A program made the position numbers and the translations under genes. A model generated the notes under the pieces. It saw only the letters and a program-made list of their open reading frames with translations, was not told the DNA's origin and made no database searches. A stretch of DNA of 64,000 nucleotides from Octopus vulgaris. Its lineage: Eukaryota. Positions 25,740 to 37,060 of the stretch are shown here, piece by piece. Location of the stretch: assembly GCA_951406725.2 (NCBI GenBank), contig OX597819.1:95604001-95668000 (forward strand). Direction: 5' to 3'. How positions within the stretch are numbered: position 1 is the first letter of the stretch; each line of letters starts with the position of its first letter.

Positions 25740-27423
25740 GAGTGCAATTCGATTTTTAACAGTTATTTTTTTCAAAGCTATAATGAAAGTGATAAAGGGG
25801 CATATTCGGCATATTTTGCTTTATGAGTTCAATAAAGACAACAACGCAATGGAAAGTGCGAGGGATATTAATGCAGTATAGGCAGATTGGACAATAAGTA
25901 TAAGCCATTGTCAACAGTAGTTTCAGAAATTCCGAGTCGGAAACTACAGCCTAGAAAGTGAGCCTCATCCTGAAAGATCTGTAGAGCTCGACGAGGACAT
26001 CGTGAATACCCTCGTGAAACAAAATCCCATCGTAACTGTTGAGGAACTAGCAGAGGGGTTTGGATTTGGTCGTTCGACCATTCATCGGCACCTATGTGCC
26101 ATTGGAAAAGACAGCAAATTGGGTTAATGATTTCCTTACAAACTTTCCGAGTCTAATTGCGCGCAGAGAGTAAATGTGTTCGCTTATTTGCTGTCACGTC
26201 TCATGAATGAACCTTTTTTGGACTGAATAGTGACTGGTGACGAGAAATGGATTCTCAATAAAAATGACAAGCATTGAAAATAGTGGGCAGGAAAAGGAGA
26301 AACACCAGTACCCCAGGTTAAAGAAGATCTTCACCTACGTAAGGTGTTGTTATCTGTTTGGTGGGATAATGAAAGATTAATCCACTTTGAACTTTTAAAC
26401 CTAAACTAAACGATAACAAAGGAGATCTATTGTGAGTAGATTGAGCGGCTTAAGTCAGCGCTAGAAGAAAAGCGACCGTCTTAGGATTCAAGACAAAAGG
26501 TGTTCTACCATCAGAATAAGGCTCAGCCACATACAGCGACGATGACATTCTAAAAGATGAAGCAGTTTGAATGAGAAACGATGCCCCACCCACCATATTC
26601 GCCGGACATGGTTAATATCTAGATCCGCACCCGGTGGGAAAAATGAGATCCGCACCCGGTGGGAAAAATGGAAACGAAAATGTGTAAGAGTTGTAAGGCA
26701 TCGTATATTGAAGGAATATGACGAAAAAAAAGCGCGCTGACAAACGGAGGGGGGGGGCTCGGAAAATTGCCTACGATTTAAAGAAAAATTTACCATCAAT
26801 TTTCACCATTGTGTTTCTGATTCGCGACCCCATGTCGAATTTATCGATTTTTTCAGAACTGGGGGAACTTTTCAAAATTTTCGCTGCGTTAGTTTTGAAT
26901 TATGACATTGGGCTATGTGTGTGAAATGCGTTTAAACACCTGTTACACATATTTTTTTCCATTTTTGCCTCTACGGTTGATCCTGGGAATTTCCCGAGCC
27001 CCCCCCCCGTTTGTCAGCGCGCTTTTTTCCCGTCTTATTCCGTCAATATACGATGCCTTACAACTGTTACACATTTTCGTTTCCATTTTTCCCACCGGGT
27101 GCGGATCTCATTTTTCCCACCGGGTGCGGATCTAGATATTAACCCCGGACATTGCCCATCTGATTATCATTTATTCTACAGTCTTCAAAATCATTTAGAT
27201 AGAAAAAATTTGAATTCCGTAGACGAGGTCAGAACTGTACTAGAGGAGTATTTTTCGTCACGGACAAGTGAATTTTGGAAGAGGGGACTTGCAAGCATAC
27301 CAGATAGATGGAAGAGCATTGTAGAAAATGAATGGGAGTATATTCTAGATTAAATAAGAACTTTATCATAATTTTGAAAATAAAAGAAGTATAAAAAAAT
27401 CTGCATTTATGGGATGACCCAAA
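25740..27423 (+). mobile_element. Mariner transposon relic with many stops, interrupted by a MITE
   Basis: HIRHILLYEF; IVTGDEKW; HQNKAQPH; HPPYSPD|IAPSDYHLF; probable right TIR ...TTTATGGGATGACCCAA. Confidence 0.9.
26610..27144. mobile_element. 535-bp MITE with about 160-bp TIRs starting GG and an 8-bp TSD (Merlin-like)
   Basis: GGTTAATATCTAGATCCGCACCCGGTGGG at both ends, inverted; CCGGACAT at 26602-26609 and 27145-27152. Confidence 0.9.
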
Positions 27424-27839
27424 GTGTGTGTGTAAATATACATCAGTGTTCGGCTTACAGTTTTCTGACGGAACAACGAGGATTTCGCTTATCTTTTCTC
27501 TGGTACTGTTGACAAGCTGAGTCCACACCCTTCTTTTTCAGTCGATCAGCGGTGGAACCAGTCTCCTGAAATTTCTTCACAATTTTCCAGACTGTTATAT
27601 ATATATATATAGCTGAACACGCAAGAATCTTAAAACACTCATTCAAACAAGGGGACATCTTTAACACCAGAACGGAAATTTTCAGGCCATGCCTATACTC
27701 CAGGATGTTCCTGCTAGCAAGTGGAGCCCGCAAGATGGCGGTACAGCCGGAAGTCGATAACCATTGGCAACGGGAGATAATCCCCAATTGTTACCTCTGT
27801 GTAATGAGGCACTTCCACTCCATATTTTTAAGAGGTCAC

Positions 27840-28157
27840 GAGCGAAGAGAGTTTTGGGATCTGACGATACCCCATAAAGCTAAACCCTTTATGGACGGGA
27901 AACATAAGGTAATCCCATAAACCGGCCTTTCCCATTTTTAATATATATCGTTTGTAAAAAACATATATCCGAAAGAAGAAGCACACTGCAAGATGTAGAG
28001 CAGTATGAATTAAAAATGGGGAAGACCGGTTTATGGGATGTACCTTAGGTTACCCGTCCATAAAGGGTTTTTGGAGATCTGACGATACGCCATAAAGTTA
28101 AACCCCTTATGGACTAGAAGCTTAAGGTAATCCCATAAACCGGCCTTCCCCATTTTT

Positions 28158-28160
<3 letters not shown>
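27840..28160. repeat. Cluster of direct and inverted copies of a short interspersed repeat (related copy at 17660-17745)
   Basis: CCATAAAGCTAAACCC...TAAGGTAATCCCATAAACCGGCCTT recurs in both orientations. Confidence 0.6.
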
Positions 28161-28195
<35 letters not shown>

Positions 28196-28989
28196 GAAAA
28201 AGGTGTTTTTCTTTCATATGTATTAAATCTGTACATCACTCCAATACTTCTAACATATATATATTGTAATTGTTTAGTTTACGTGTGTAAAAAAAAAAAG
28301 TAAAGGGACATAACTAAATACACCAAAATATGTGACGTTTGGCTTCTACAAAATTCCATGGAAATCGGCAGCTTTGATGCATAGTCGTCAATTCGGAACT
28401 TCGGAATCTTTGCTTGTTTCCTTTTTGCACGAGTTCATACAATGCAATTCAGTAATTAGTTATCTCCCTTTATTTATTTATTTAAAAAAATTTTTTTTTT
28501 TTTGGCGTTCGTTCGATTTAACTCGACAAAACTAAAATAAACATTCGACTGTTTCCGTGACAACTCGACGATTCACTTCGGATGTCTTCGTGACAGTTGC
28601 TGAAACGGAAGGAGAATAAAGCTAATGAGTTGTGTGTGTATGTGTGCGCGCTTGTTCTTGTCTGTGTGCACACACAACTCATTAGCTTTTTTCTCCTCCT
28701 CCTATTGCAGCAGCTGTAACGGAGGTCACTGCACCAAGGCAACACCAACGTCCTTATTTTTTTTATCACCCACAAGTGGCCAAAAATAGAGGATATACAT
28801 TACAAAGACAATACAAAACACATAAATGGGAAAATAAAAATACAAAAAGAAATCGAGCAAGGAAGAAAAAATAAAACAGGGAATGAAATTATGAAAATAA
28901 ACTGAGGCGCCATACCCACTCGATCCCCAAAGTCGAGTGGTTATATTTAGACATTATTTTGGATAGTTTCCTCTTTTTATAATTTAAAA

Positions 28990-29560
28990 AGTTCATATTA
29001 TTTTTATATCTCTCCCCACATTTGCAACAACCTGGTTGGCACCCCTGAACAACCACTTTGAGGGAACCCTCTCCCATAATCTCCATCTAGCAGGGGATCC
29101 TCTCAATGTTTTCAAAAGAGACAAAAAGTCACATCTTGACAACGCATCCCCACCAGTTCAACATGCTCGCTCCTTCCACCAGTCCCAACTCGGGACACCC
29201 TTGGTGGCAGCCAGAACAACCACTACCAACCACTCTGTCTCCACTTCTGGTGGCACCCTCCAACTTGAACCCGCCGTCACACCCACCCCTACACGTGGGC
29301 AGTAGTGCCACCTTGTCAGTGCACAAAATAGTGGTGGAATGTGCGACCACCCCCTCCCATCCTTAACCACTTCCTCTCGAGGGACCAGCCCTACTGCACC
29401 TCCCTTCCCTTGCACAAACCGTCCACTTCCCATTATATCTTCCATTTTTAAATCTATCTGCTTCGCTTCCAATGGCACAGCTGCTCCCACTGCAGCGGCC
29501 CCCGCATAACCCTCCATAATGAAAAACCAACCCTTCACCCCAACAATGGGGAGAAAACAA
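28990..29560 (-). mobile_element. Possible degraded LINE ORF1 (zinc-knuckle remnant)
   Basis: Locally GC-richer; LKVVVQGCQPGCCKCGER. Confidence 0.3.
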
Positions 29561-29689
29561 CAAAAAATAATTATGTGCGAGTCACTTCAACAATAATTTT
29601 CTACAGTGATATAAAACAATTTCAACAACAGACAGTCTCAAAGAGACAGCCTTCATCAATCCAACCATGGTCAAAAATGACGAAACTCA

Positions 29690-30003
29690 AAGAAACAAAT
29701 TGTTACTCTGAGACAGCAACATCCTCTCAACAATTAGCTAAACATGATTTTTAAAATGAGAATTTCTGAAATAAACTCGACTGCTCTCACAAAAATTAAG
29801 TAAAAAACAGGAAAAATTATACAGAATCCTTGTTCGGTACTGGATCAATCCCAAAATCAAAACATTTTGTACCAGCCCCAAGGCCAAACATCTCTGAAAC
29901 TTTCATCCAAATCCATCCAGCAGTTCTTGTGATATCTTGTCCACGGACAAACAAACAAACACGACTGAAAACAATACCTCAGCCTTAGTGAAAGCAGAAG
30001 TAA
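29690..30003 (-). mobile_element. Helentron/HINE-like non-autonomous element (same family as 41499-42032)
   Basis: TTATTACTTCTGC...GAGGTATTGTTTTCAGTC...(TTTG)n...GGATGGATTTGGATGAAAGTTT on -. Confidence 0.55.
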
Positions 30004-30499
30004 TAATGAAATTATTGTAAATAGTGCTCAGGTGCACTACAATTCATCAAAGGTGCACCTACAGTATATAGAATTATGTACAAAAGCCAGCAAAGTGAAC
30101 AGTGTATGAGTCATGATGTACATGTATGCATGCATATGGAGGGAAGGATATCAGGTGTAGTGTAGGTATATTTCAGGAAGCTTGGAGGTTTTAAGGCAGA
30201 GGTAAAAGACATGGACCACACCTGCTTTTGGGGGAATGGTTTTTCTGCAGAAACCCACCTTTTCGATTGCAGAGATTCCGAATCTGCACATGTGAGCATA
30301 CCTACAAAGTCAGAAAACAGCACAGCTCCCATGACTTTCCCCCTCTCCACCCCACTTTTATCTTTGCCAGAGGGCTGGAGAGGGGAAAAATTAAAATTTT
30401 GAAAATGTGTTTTGGGGGTTTACAAAATCTTCAATTTAAAAAATTTTTAAATGCCGATTTTTTTTTTGCGAGACCTTAATGAGACCTGACCGTAAGTTT

Positions 30500-30966
30500 T
30501 TACTGCCTTACTGGCACATGAAAAAACATTTGAGCGAGGTCGTTGCCAGTGCGTCTGGACTGGCTCCTGTGCAGGTGGCACATAAAGAGCACCATTTGAG
30601 TGGCCATTGCCAGTACCGCCTGACTGGCCCTGGTGCCAGTGGCACGTAAAAACACCCACTACACTCTCAGAGTGGTTGGCGTTAGAAAGGGTATCCAGCT
30701 GTAGAAACTCTGCCAGATCAGAAGGCTGCATCAGGCTCCAATCTGATCTGGCAGTGTTTCTACAGCTGGATACCCTTCCTATTGCCAACCACTCCAAGAA
30801 TGTAGTGGGTGCTTTTTTTTTTACGTGCCATCAGCACAGAGGCCAGAGGAAGCTGGCGTCGACCATGATCGGATGGTGCTTTTTACGTGCCAACACAGGG
30901 ACCACAACTACAATTTCTATTTGATTGTGATTTGATTTGAATGTACTTGACTCAAAAGGTCTCCTC
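30500..30966. mobile_element. Two RTE 3' UTR fragments joined in opposite orientations
   Basis: 30650-30720 and 30742-30812 are inverted copies of the RTE 3' UTR. Confidence 0.75.
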
Positions 30967-30993
30967 ATATATATATGTACATATATATATATA

Positions 30994-31025
<32 letters not shown>

Positions 31026-31044
31026 GGGAGAGAGAGATAAGTGC

Positions 31045-31352
31045 AGACAACTGGTGGGGTCCATACTAAGGACATTCAGGACAAGAGAGTAAGAATCATG
31101 TTAACTCTATGGAAGACCTTTGTCCTCAGCCGCCTAGACTACTGCTCTCAGCTGTGGTCACCACAGTGTCAAGCTAACAATGGAGCTTGAAGCAATCCAG
31201 CATCACTTAAAAGATTGCTACAGTCCAACAGGTGAACTACAGGGAGAGGCTGATAGAACTATGACTCTACTCCCTAGAGTGCAGACATGAGAGATATGTA
31301 CTAATTTACACAGGGAAAATACTGGAAGGGCTAGTACCTAAATTTGGCATCA
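31045..31352 (+). mobile_element. CR1-group LINE RT C-terminal fragment
   Basis: MLTLWKTFVLSRLDYCSQLWSP; YRERLIEL..YSLECRHERY; KILEGLVP. Confidence 0.7.
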
Positions 31353-31364
31353 AGTTATCTAAAA

Positions 31365-32085
31365 GAATTTCCAATCATTACTCTACATTTAGGGATAGTA
31401 ATAAACGCAACAGTACAGTGCTTAGTAAATTAATTGGGTATCTAAAAGACCATGATAAACAATTTAATTTAGATTGGTTGATTCTCTCTATTTCATTCCC
31501 ATATGACAAACGCAAACTCTGTAATACTGAACTATTTTCTATTCTTTTTTCTAAGAATCCATTTGTAAACACAATTATAGTGTGCTTATCGATGTAAGCA
31601 TTGGCAAAAACACCTTTAGCTCATATAAGTGATATCTACCATTATATATAATTTAAACATTGATTTTCTTCTTACATTTTCCTTCCACTAGATATATCTT
31701 TTTCCAAGCCTTTAAGCTTCTATTTAATTCACATATCGCTCTATATTTCTTATTTATTAGTTTTCTAGAGGTGACTTTGACAGTATATCATCTAATGGTT
31801 TTTAAAAAAAAAAACTTAATAGCGTTCCGTTCATCATTATAGACATCCATCACATTGTTAAAATGTCTTATCGATGAATTTGGTTTATTTATTTCTCTGA
31901 TGAGATTACATTGTTTTATACCATTTTATTTCTTTGGAATAATACCAACCTAGCCTTCGAAACATGTGTCAGAAGTAAAAGAATTTGAATAACACCTGTG
32001 TGTAAGTCCATTTATTTATATATATTATATAAAATATTTCACATCAACCCAGAGTTTCTACCTTTACAAACAGGGTGTTACGTTC
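31365..32085 (+). mobile_element. Penelope-like 3' end (GIY-YIG C-terminus plus pseudo-LTR) with a hammerhead at 31893-31974
   Basis: YSTFRDSNKRNSTVLSKLIGYLK...W.IL...PY...LCNTE; TTCT-CTGATGA...GAAAC-ATGT-GTC-AGAA. Confidence 0.75.
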
Positions 32086-32317
32086 CTATTACCATATATG
32101 GATGCCCTTCCTAATGCCAACCACTCCAAGTGTGTAGTGGATGCTTTTTACATGCTACCAGCACAGGAACCAATTAAGCGGGCCTGGCATCAAGATTTTT
32201 TCAATTCCTAAGCATTATATCAATACATCTGTTTGTTTTCTACACCACCTGTCTTCATCTTGTTTTTTTCATAAATTCTCCCTCTATATATATATATAAT
32301 ACACATACATATATAAT

Positions 32318-32580
32318 CCGATGCCAGCACCGCCTTGGCTGGCTTCCGTGCCGGTGGCATGTAAAAAGCACCAACCGATCGTGGCCGATGCCGGACACCC
32401 CCTGGCACCTGTGCAGGTGGCACGTAAAAAGCACCCACTACACTCGTGGAGTAGTTGGCATCAGGAAGGGCATCCAGCTGTAGAAATTCTGCCAGATCAG
32501 ACTGGAGCCTGGTGCAGCCCCTGGTCGAACCGTCCAACCCGTGCTAGCGCGGAAAACAGATGTTAAACGATGATGATGAC
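32318..32580 (+). mobile_element. RTE 3' UTR with (GAT)n tail
   Basis: Ends GTTAAACGATGATGATGA. Confidence 0.85.
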
Positions 32581-33576
32581 AATATTAGGGAGTATAACTC
32601 CAAACTTACAAGGAAAAATTCAATTTAGTATTACCTTTTCCCATTCAATAATTTATTTCTATTCCGAAACATATTAGACTATGAATAATTAAATTAATCA
32701 TAACCGTTATTGTAGTCCACTCTGCATTGTTGTGCTATTTCATACACATTGTGTGTGTGTGTGTGAGAGAGACAGAAACATGCAGCAGCAGTACTTTAGA
32801 GTAAAGTTCATTTGCCAACATAAAGCAGCAGTTCTGATTAGGATGAATGTTACTACTTTTTAGCCCCAGGAAAACATCTCTAGCTGGCTATCGACAATAA
32901 AGCTAGTGTCCCCACTCAGCTCAAAGCGATATCTGTGTGCCAATGGTTTCTGGGTTGTTTCACCTCATCAGCACAGAATAATTGCTTGGCTAGAGATGGC
33001 AGCACTGTCTTGTTTTAAAGACTTTACCATGGCAAATAGACTTTACTTTAAAATACTGTTGCTGCATGTTTCTCGTTCAGAAACTTAGAACTAAGCTTTT
33101 CTTTTTACAAAATCATTGACTGTGTGTCACTAGCATACACATACACACATTTTCTAGTTCATATGAACCCACACATTTGTACATGCATTCACATCTGTAT
33201 ATTTATATATACATACATATGTATACGTATCTACACTACAGTATTTAAGTTTACATGTACATTGGGGGGGGGGGATTAGTGAAATTGTAGTGTACATCTG
33301 AGGGTTATTCTCTTCAACGATCGAATAAGTAAGTGTGGGTGTCATCCACTTCTATTTGGATATTTTTTCTTTTGGTGGGGTGGAGTTTCATTTTTCTGTG
33401 TTCAGTAATAGTTTGTACTTTCTAAATGAAGAATCATTTATATTTCAGAAAATGCTCATTGTCTGATCATAAGGGGATGATTGCTAATTTTCCCTTTCTT
33501 CATGATGCGAAGTGTTCACTGCAAATGGTGCTTCTGACCCTTTGGTCCATACATGTATGTATATATATATATATAG

Positions 33577-33925
33577 GGTCATCCCAACATGGTCTTAATC
33601 TTCTCAGTCAGGTGTGTTCCACATCCCCACTCCTGTATGTGCCTTTGTCCCATAAGGGATTCTGCTACCCTCATTTGCACCTCACACTGGGCTATTGGTT
33701 CATCCTGTATTGTGGAGAGGAGGAAATCTAATTCCCTTTTGAAGACATCGACTTCCACCTTATGCACAGTTCTTAATTTATGTAGCAGGGTATTGAAGAC
33801 TTGAGCCTTTGAACCCTAGACTATTGAAGCACTTTTGGTACAATACAATAGCAGCCCTTTCTGGCATTTGTGTAACACTCAATGCTGAAATTAGGTACCA
33901 GACCCTCAAGTTTTCCATTTGTAGA
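33577..33925 (-). mobile_element. CR1-group LINE 3' fragment
   Basis: EGLVPNFSIE; VDVFKRELDFLLSTIQDEP. Confidence 0.6.
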
Positions 33926-36201
33926 TTACTCCAAGCAAAGGAATGAGATATGCAATAAAGTTTGAGTTATTTCAGCCTGTACCTGCAGCAATCATTCTAG
34001 TGTAGTGGCATTGGACTGCACCAAGCCCTGCTGTTAGTCTGGTACTATGTGGTGATCATACACCAGCTTACTGATAACTAAAGTATTTCACTAAATTCAA
34101 CATTTTCAAAATTAACTGACATGAAGCCAATATATCTCAACAGAAACCCAGATAAAATTAAGTCAGTCAACTAATCATGAAAGATTTTCTTTCTTTGGTA
34201 ACAAATGTGCTTTAACCCAGCTGAGAGAGTGAATGGCATCAAATCTAAAATCAGTGGTCCACAAACATGTTAAGCTGTCAGACCATTCAAAATCCTGGGG
34301 GTTCATGGGAAAATTCATTTAAAAAAGGATCCCTGGTAGCAAAAAGGTTGGGACCCACAGATCTAAACAAAATTAATACGAAGTCATCACAACCAAAACT
34401 CCAGACAGTTCACCAACAACCCCCGTAAGTACCCGAAGGTATCAATTACCCTCTCCTACCAACTGGATCAGATCAGCTGTTTCTCTGCAGATGGCTCCAA
34501 TGTACACCCAACTTTCTCCATATTCATGAAAATAGACATAGTTTAACCATATAACTTTGTGTCTTCGGTTATACCAACCACAATTTTCTGTCCAACTGCT
34601 GCTTTCGTCAATGTAAATCCAAAAACCCCTTAAAATTACAATTATCCTAAAGCCCTTAAAGTCACATGCCTAAATCTCAAGAGAAACATTGACAAAACTA
34701 TTCTATATATATATATAAAAGTCTGTTATTCAGGACGAGACTTTTGTCCTTGGTCAGTAGATGACCCACTACAGAACTAAAATGGAATGTAGACTCCAAC
34801 ACTAATCACGTGTCTCACTCTTTCATTCTTCACACTGGTATACTCATTATACAACTCAAGATTAAATCAAAAAAATCAACGTCCCTACTTGAACAGCTAG
34901 ACAGGTTTCACTTTGGAGTACTTATAATTGAGAAAAATTATAAAAAGAAGCAAATTCTCAGATACAGGCATGCTTGTCTCTACAACCACTAAGTATTCCA
35001 TTCAATAAAAGCTATTATAACTCATTGCAGTCATGTCATTTGCATGCTATTCAAATAAAGCTTTGGAGGTAGGACAATGGAACGTTTTGAGGTAATGAAC
35101 TGGTAGAATAGTTTGAGACATCAGACCCCAGTTCTTACATTATTGTCCATACCAAAGGATTCAAACTCTCAAAAGTAACTACTAGTGCTCTTAGAATTCC
35201 TACACTACATTCTTTGTATTGTAAATGGATATGTCAAGATTGCACACTAATTTCAGTTTCACCTGATAAACAGAAACCAAGCAATAAGTACAGATGTCTT
35301 GTTCCCAGATGTCTTCCATACCTTAGTCACAATTTATGTTCCAAACACTAGCTTAATGATAACTAAGTTATTTTACTAAATTCTTTGTTATATTTAAAGT
35401 AATTGAAAGAAACAGAGCATCTCACAATAAATACAGCAACAAAAGGGTAAACCTGCTACTTGGCGAGTGAATTGTTTTCCATTGTAATGAGCTTAATCAT
35501 ACCCACCTCAAACAATAAAAGTATCACCTGTGTTTTAGCAAATGAAAATGTATTGAACACCACAAAATGGTGGACTTGTGTAAAAAAAATCAGTCTCAAA
35601 TTGGTCAGATCCAATAAACCGCAATATCTGATGAAATGCATTGTGTAGTAAACTACATTACATATAACTAACCTTTGCTGTGGACCCAACCTATTTTTCT
35701 AACGTCCCTATGCACACAACTAAATTTTCAGAAAAACCCTTTTTCCAATTATATCTTATATGTAACAAAATAAATTCAATTGTAACAGCATACTACTGCT
35801 AATAACTATATTGTCTCTTAATACAACCAATCCTCAGCAAAATAAACACAACCCCATGTGTTACATGAATATATATATATATATATTCACCTCTCAACAA
35901 CCTCCCTGTAAATATAGATAATGCCAAACTCATAGGCCAACTTGCTTGTTTAGAAAATAAGCAATTTCAGACAGGTTATAACACTCATTGGGGATCCAAC
36001 CTTGACCCACAACCTTCTCAGTAAGTAGCTGTTAATACTAAGAATTTTAAAAATAACTCAAACAGCATGAACGTGTGATCTGACGAGTTTTACGAATGCG
36101 AAATTTACCTACAGTGGAAATTAGTATGCATATATCTGCACAATGAAGGATAACAATATGATAAACAAAATAACATGTAACAATGCACTACATAAATACA
36201 T

Positions 36202-36328
36202 TTTATTTTAAAAAAATGAAAATTAAACTTAAATTTTTGTCTTTTACGTATTTCCAAGATACAATTAATTATATAAAGGGAGAGGAAAAAAAAAAGCTGC
36301 ATTCTTTAAAAATTATAATTTGTTTATT
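36202..36328 (-). terminator. Candidate polyadenylation signals (AATAAA) of the hnRNP L 3' UTR
   Basis: TTTATT on + at 36323-36328 and 36202-36207; AT-rich context makes chance matches likely. Confidence 0.3.
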
Positions 36329-37001
36329 CAAAGAATTGCCCAGCAGTCAGTTCTAAGGGTATTATTTTAATACTGGCAGGCAAAGAACTAAATGAAGTCA
36401 GTGCATAACTGAATGTTAACCTAAGTTTAGATGATGTTAAAAACTAAGCATTAGAATGGTAAAATTTTGCTGGCCATCAATAAATAGGAAGCAGTGCATG
36501 CACAAATTACACACACATTGTAACTAAAATGATAAATTCATGAGTGACAGGAACAGAGACAGGACCTAGAGCAATATTTGATACATTCTTAAAAAAAAAG
36601 AAAAAGAAAAGTACATTAGAATGGGCTACCACGTTCATTGTCAACCTCAAAAGCAAGCCCAAAGTCAAACTTCCCAGTAATGAAACATGTAAAAATGAGG
36701 AATTTAAAGTATTCTCAATAAAAAGGAGGAAATAAAAATTGGAGTCAATCTTTTTTTTAAATTTTTTTTTTAATTATGATGTGAATGATGAGAAGAACTA
36801 AGACATGAATAATGGTAGCTACATAGCTTTGGAGAACATGAGGAGGTGAAGTAAAATGCCTGAGTGAGGAGTTCTCTTGCTTCCATTTAATTCATATGAT
36901 TCTAGACATTTTATCATCAATAAAGACAAATAGACATATATGGGTTAAGTATACAGCTTATATCAACCATGGTTGCAATCTCCTAAATTTAGAGACCCAG
37001 C

Positions 37002-37060
37002 TTAACCCATTATAGGGGTCTGAGAAAAGCACAGCTTGAAGACAAATGGATTCTTGCCAT
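37002..37060 (-). CDS. HNRNPL: hnRNP L last coding exon (NGKNPFVFKLCFSQTPIMG*)
   Basis: TTTCAG acceptor; family C-terminal KLCFS motif; TAA. Confidence 0.95.
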
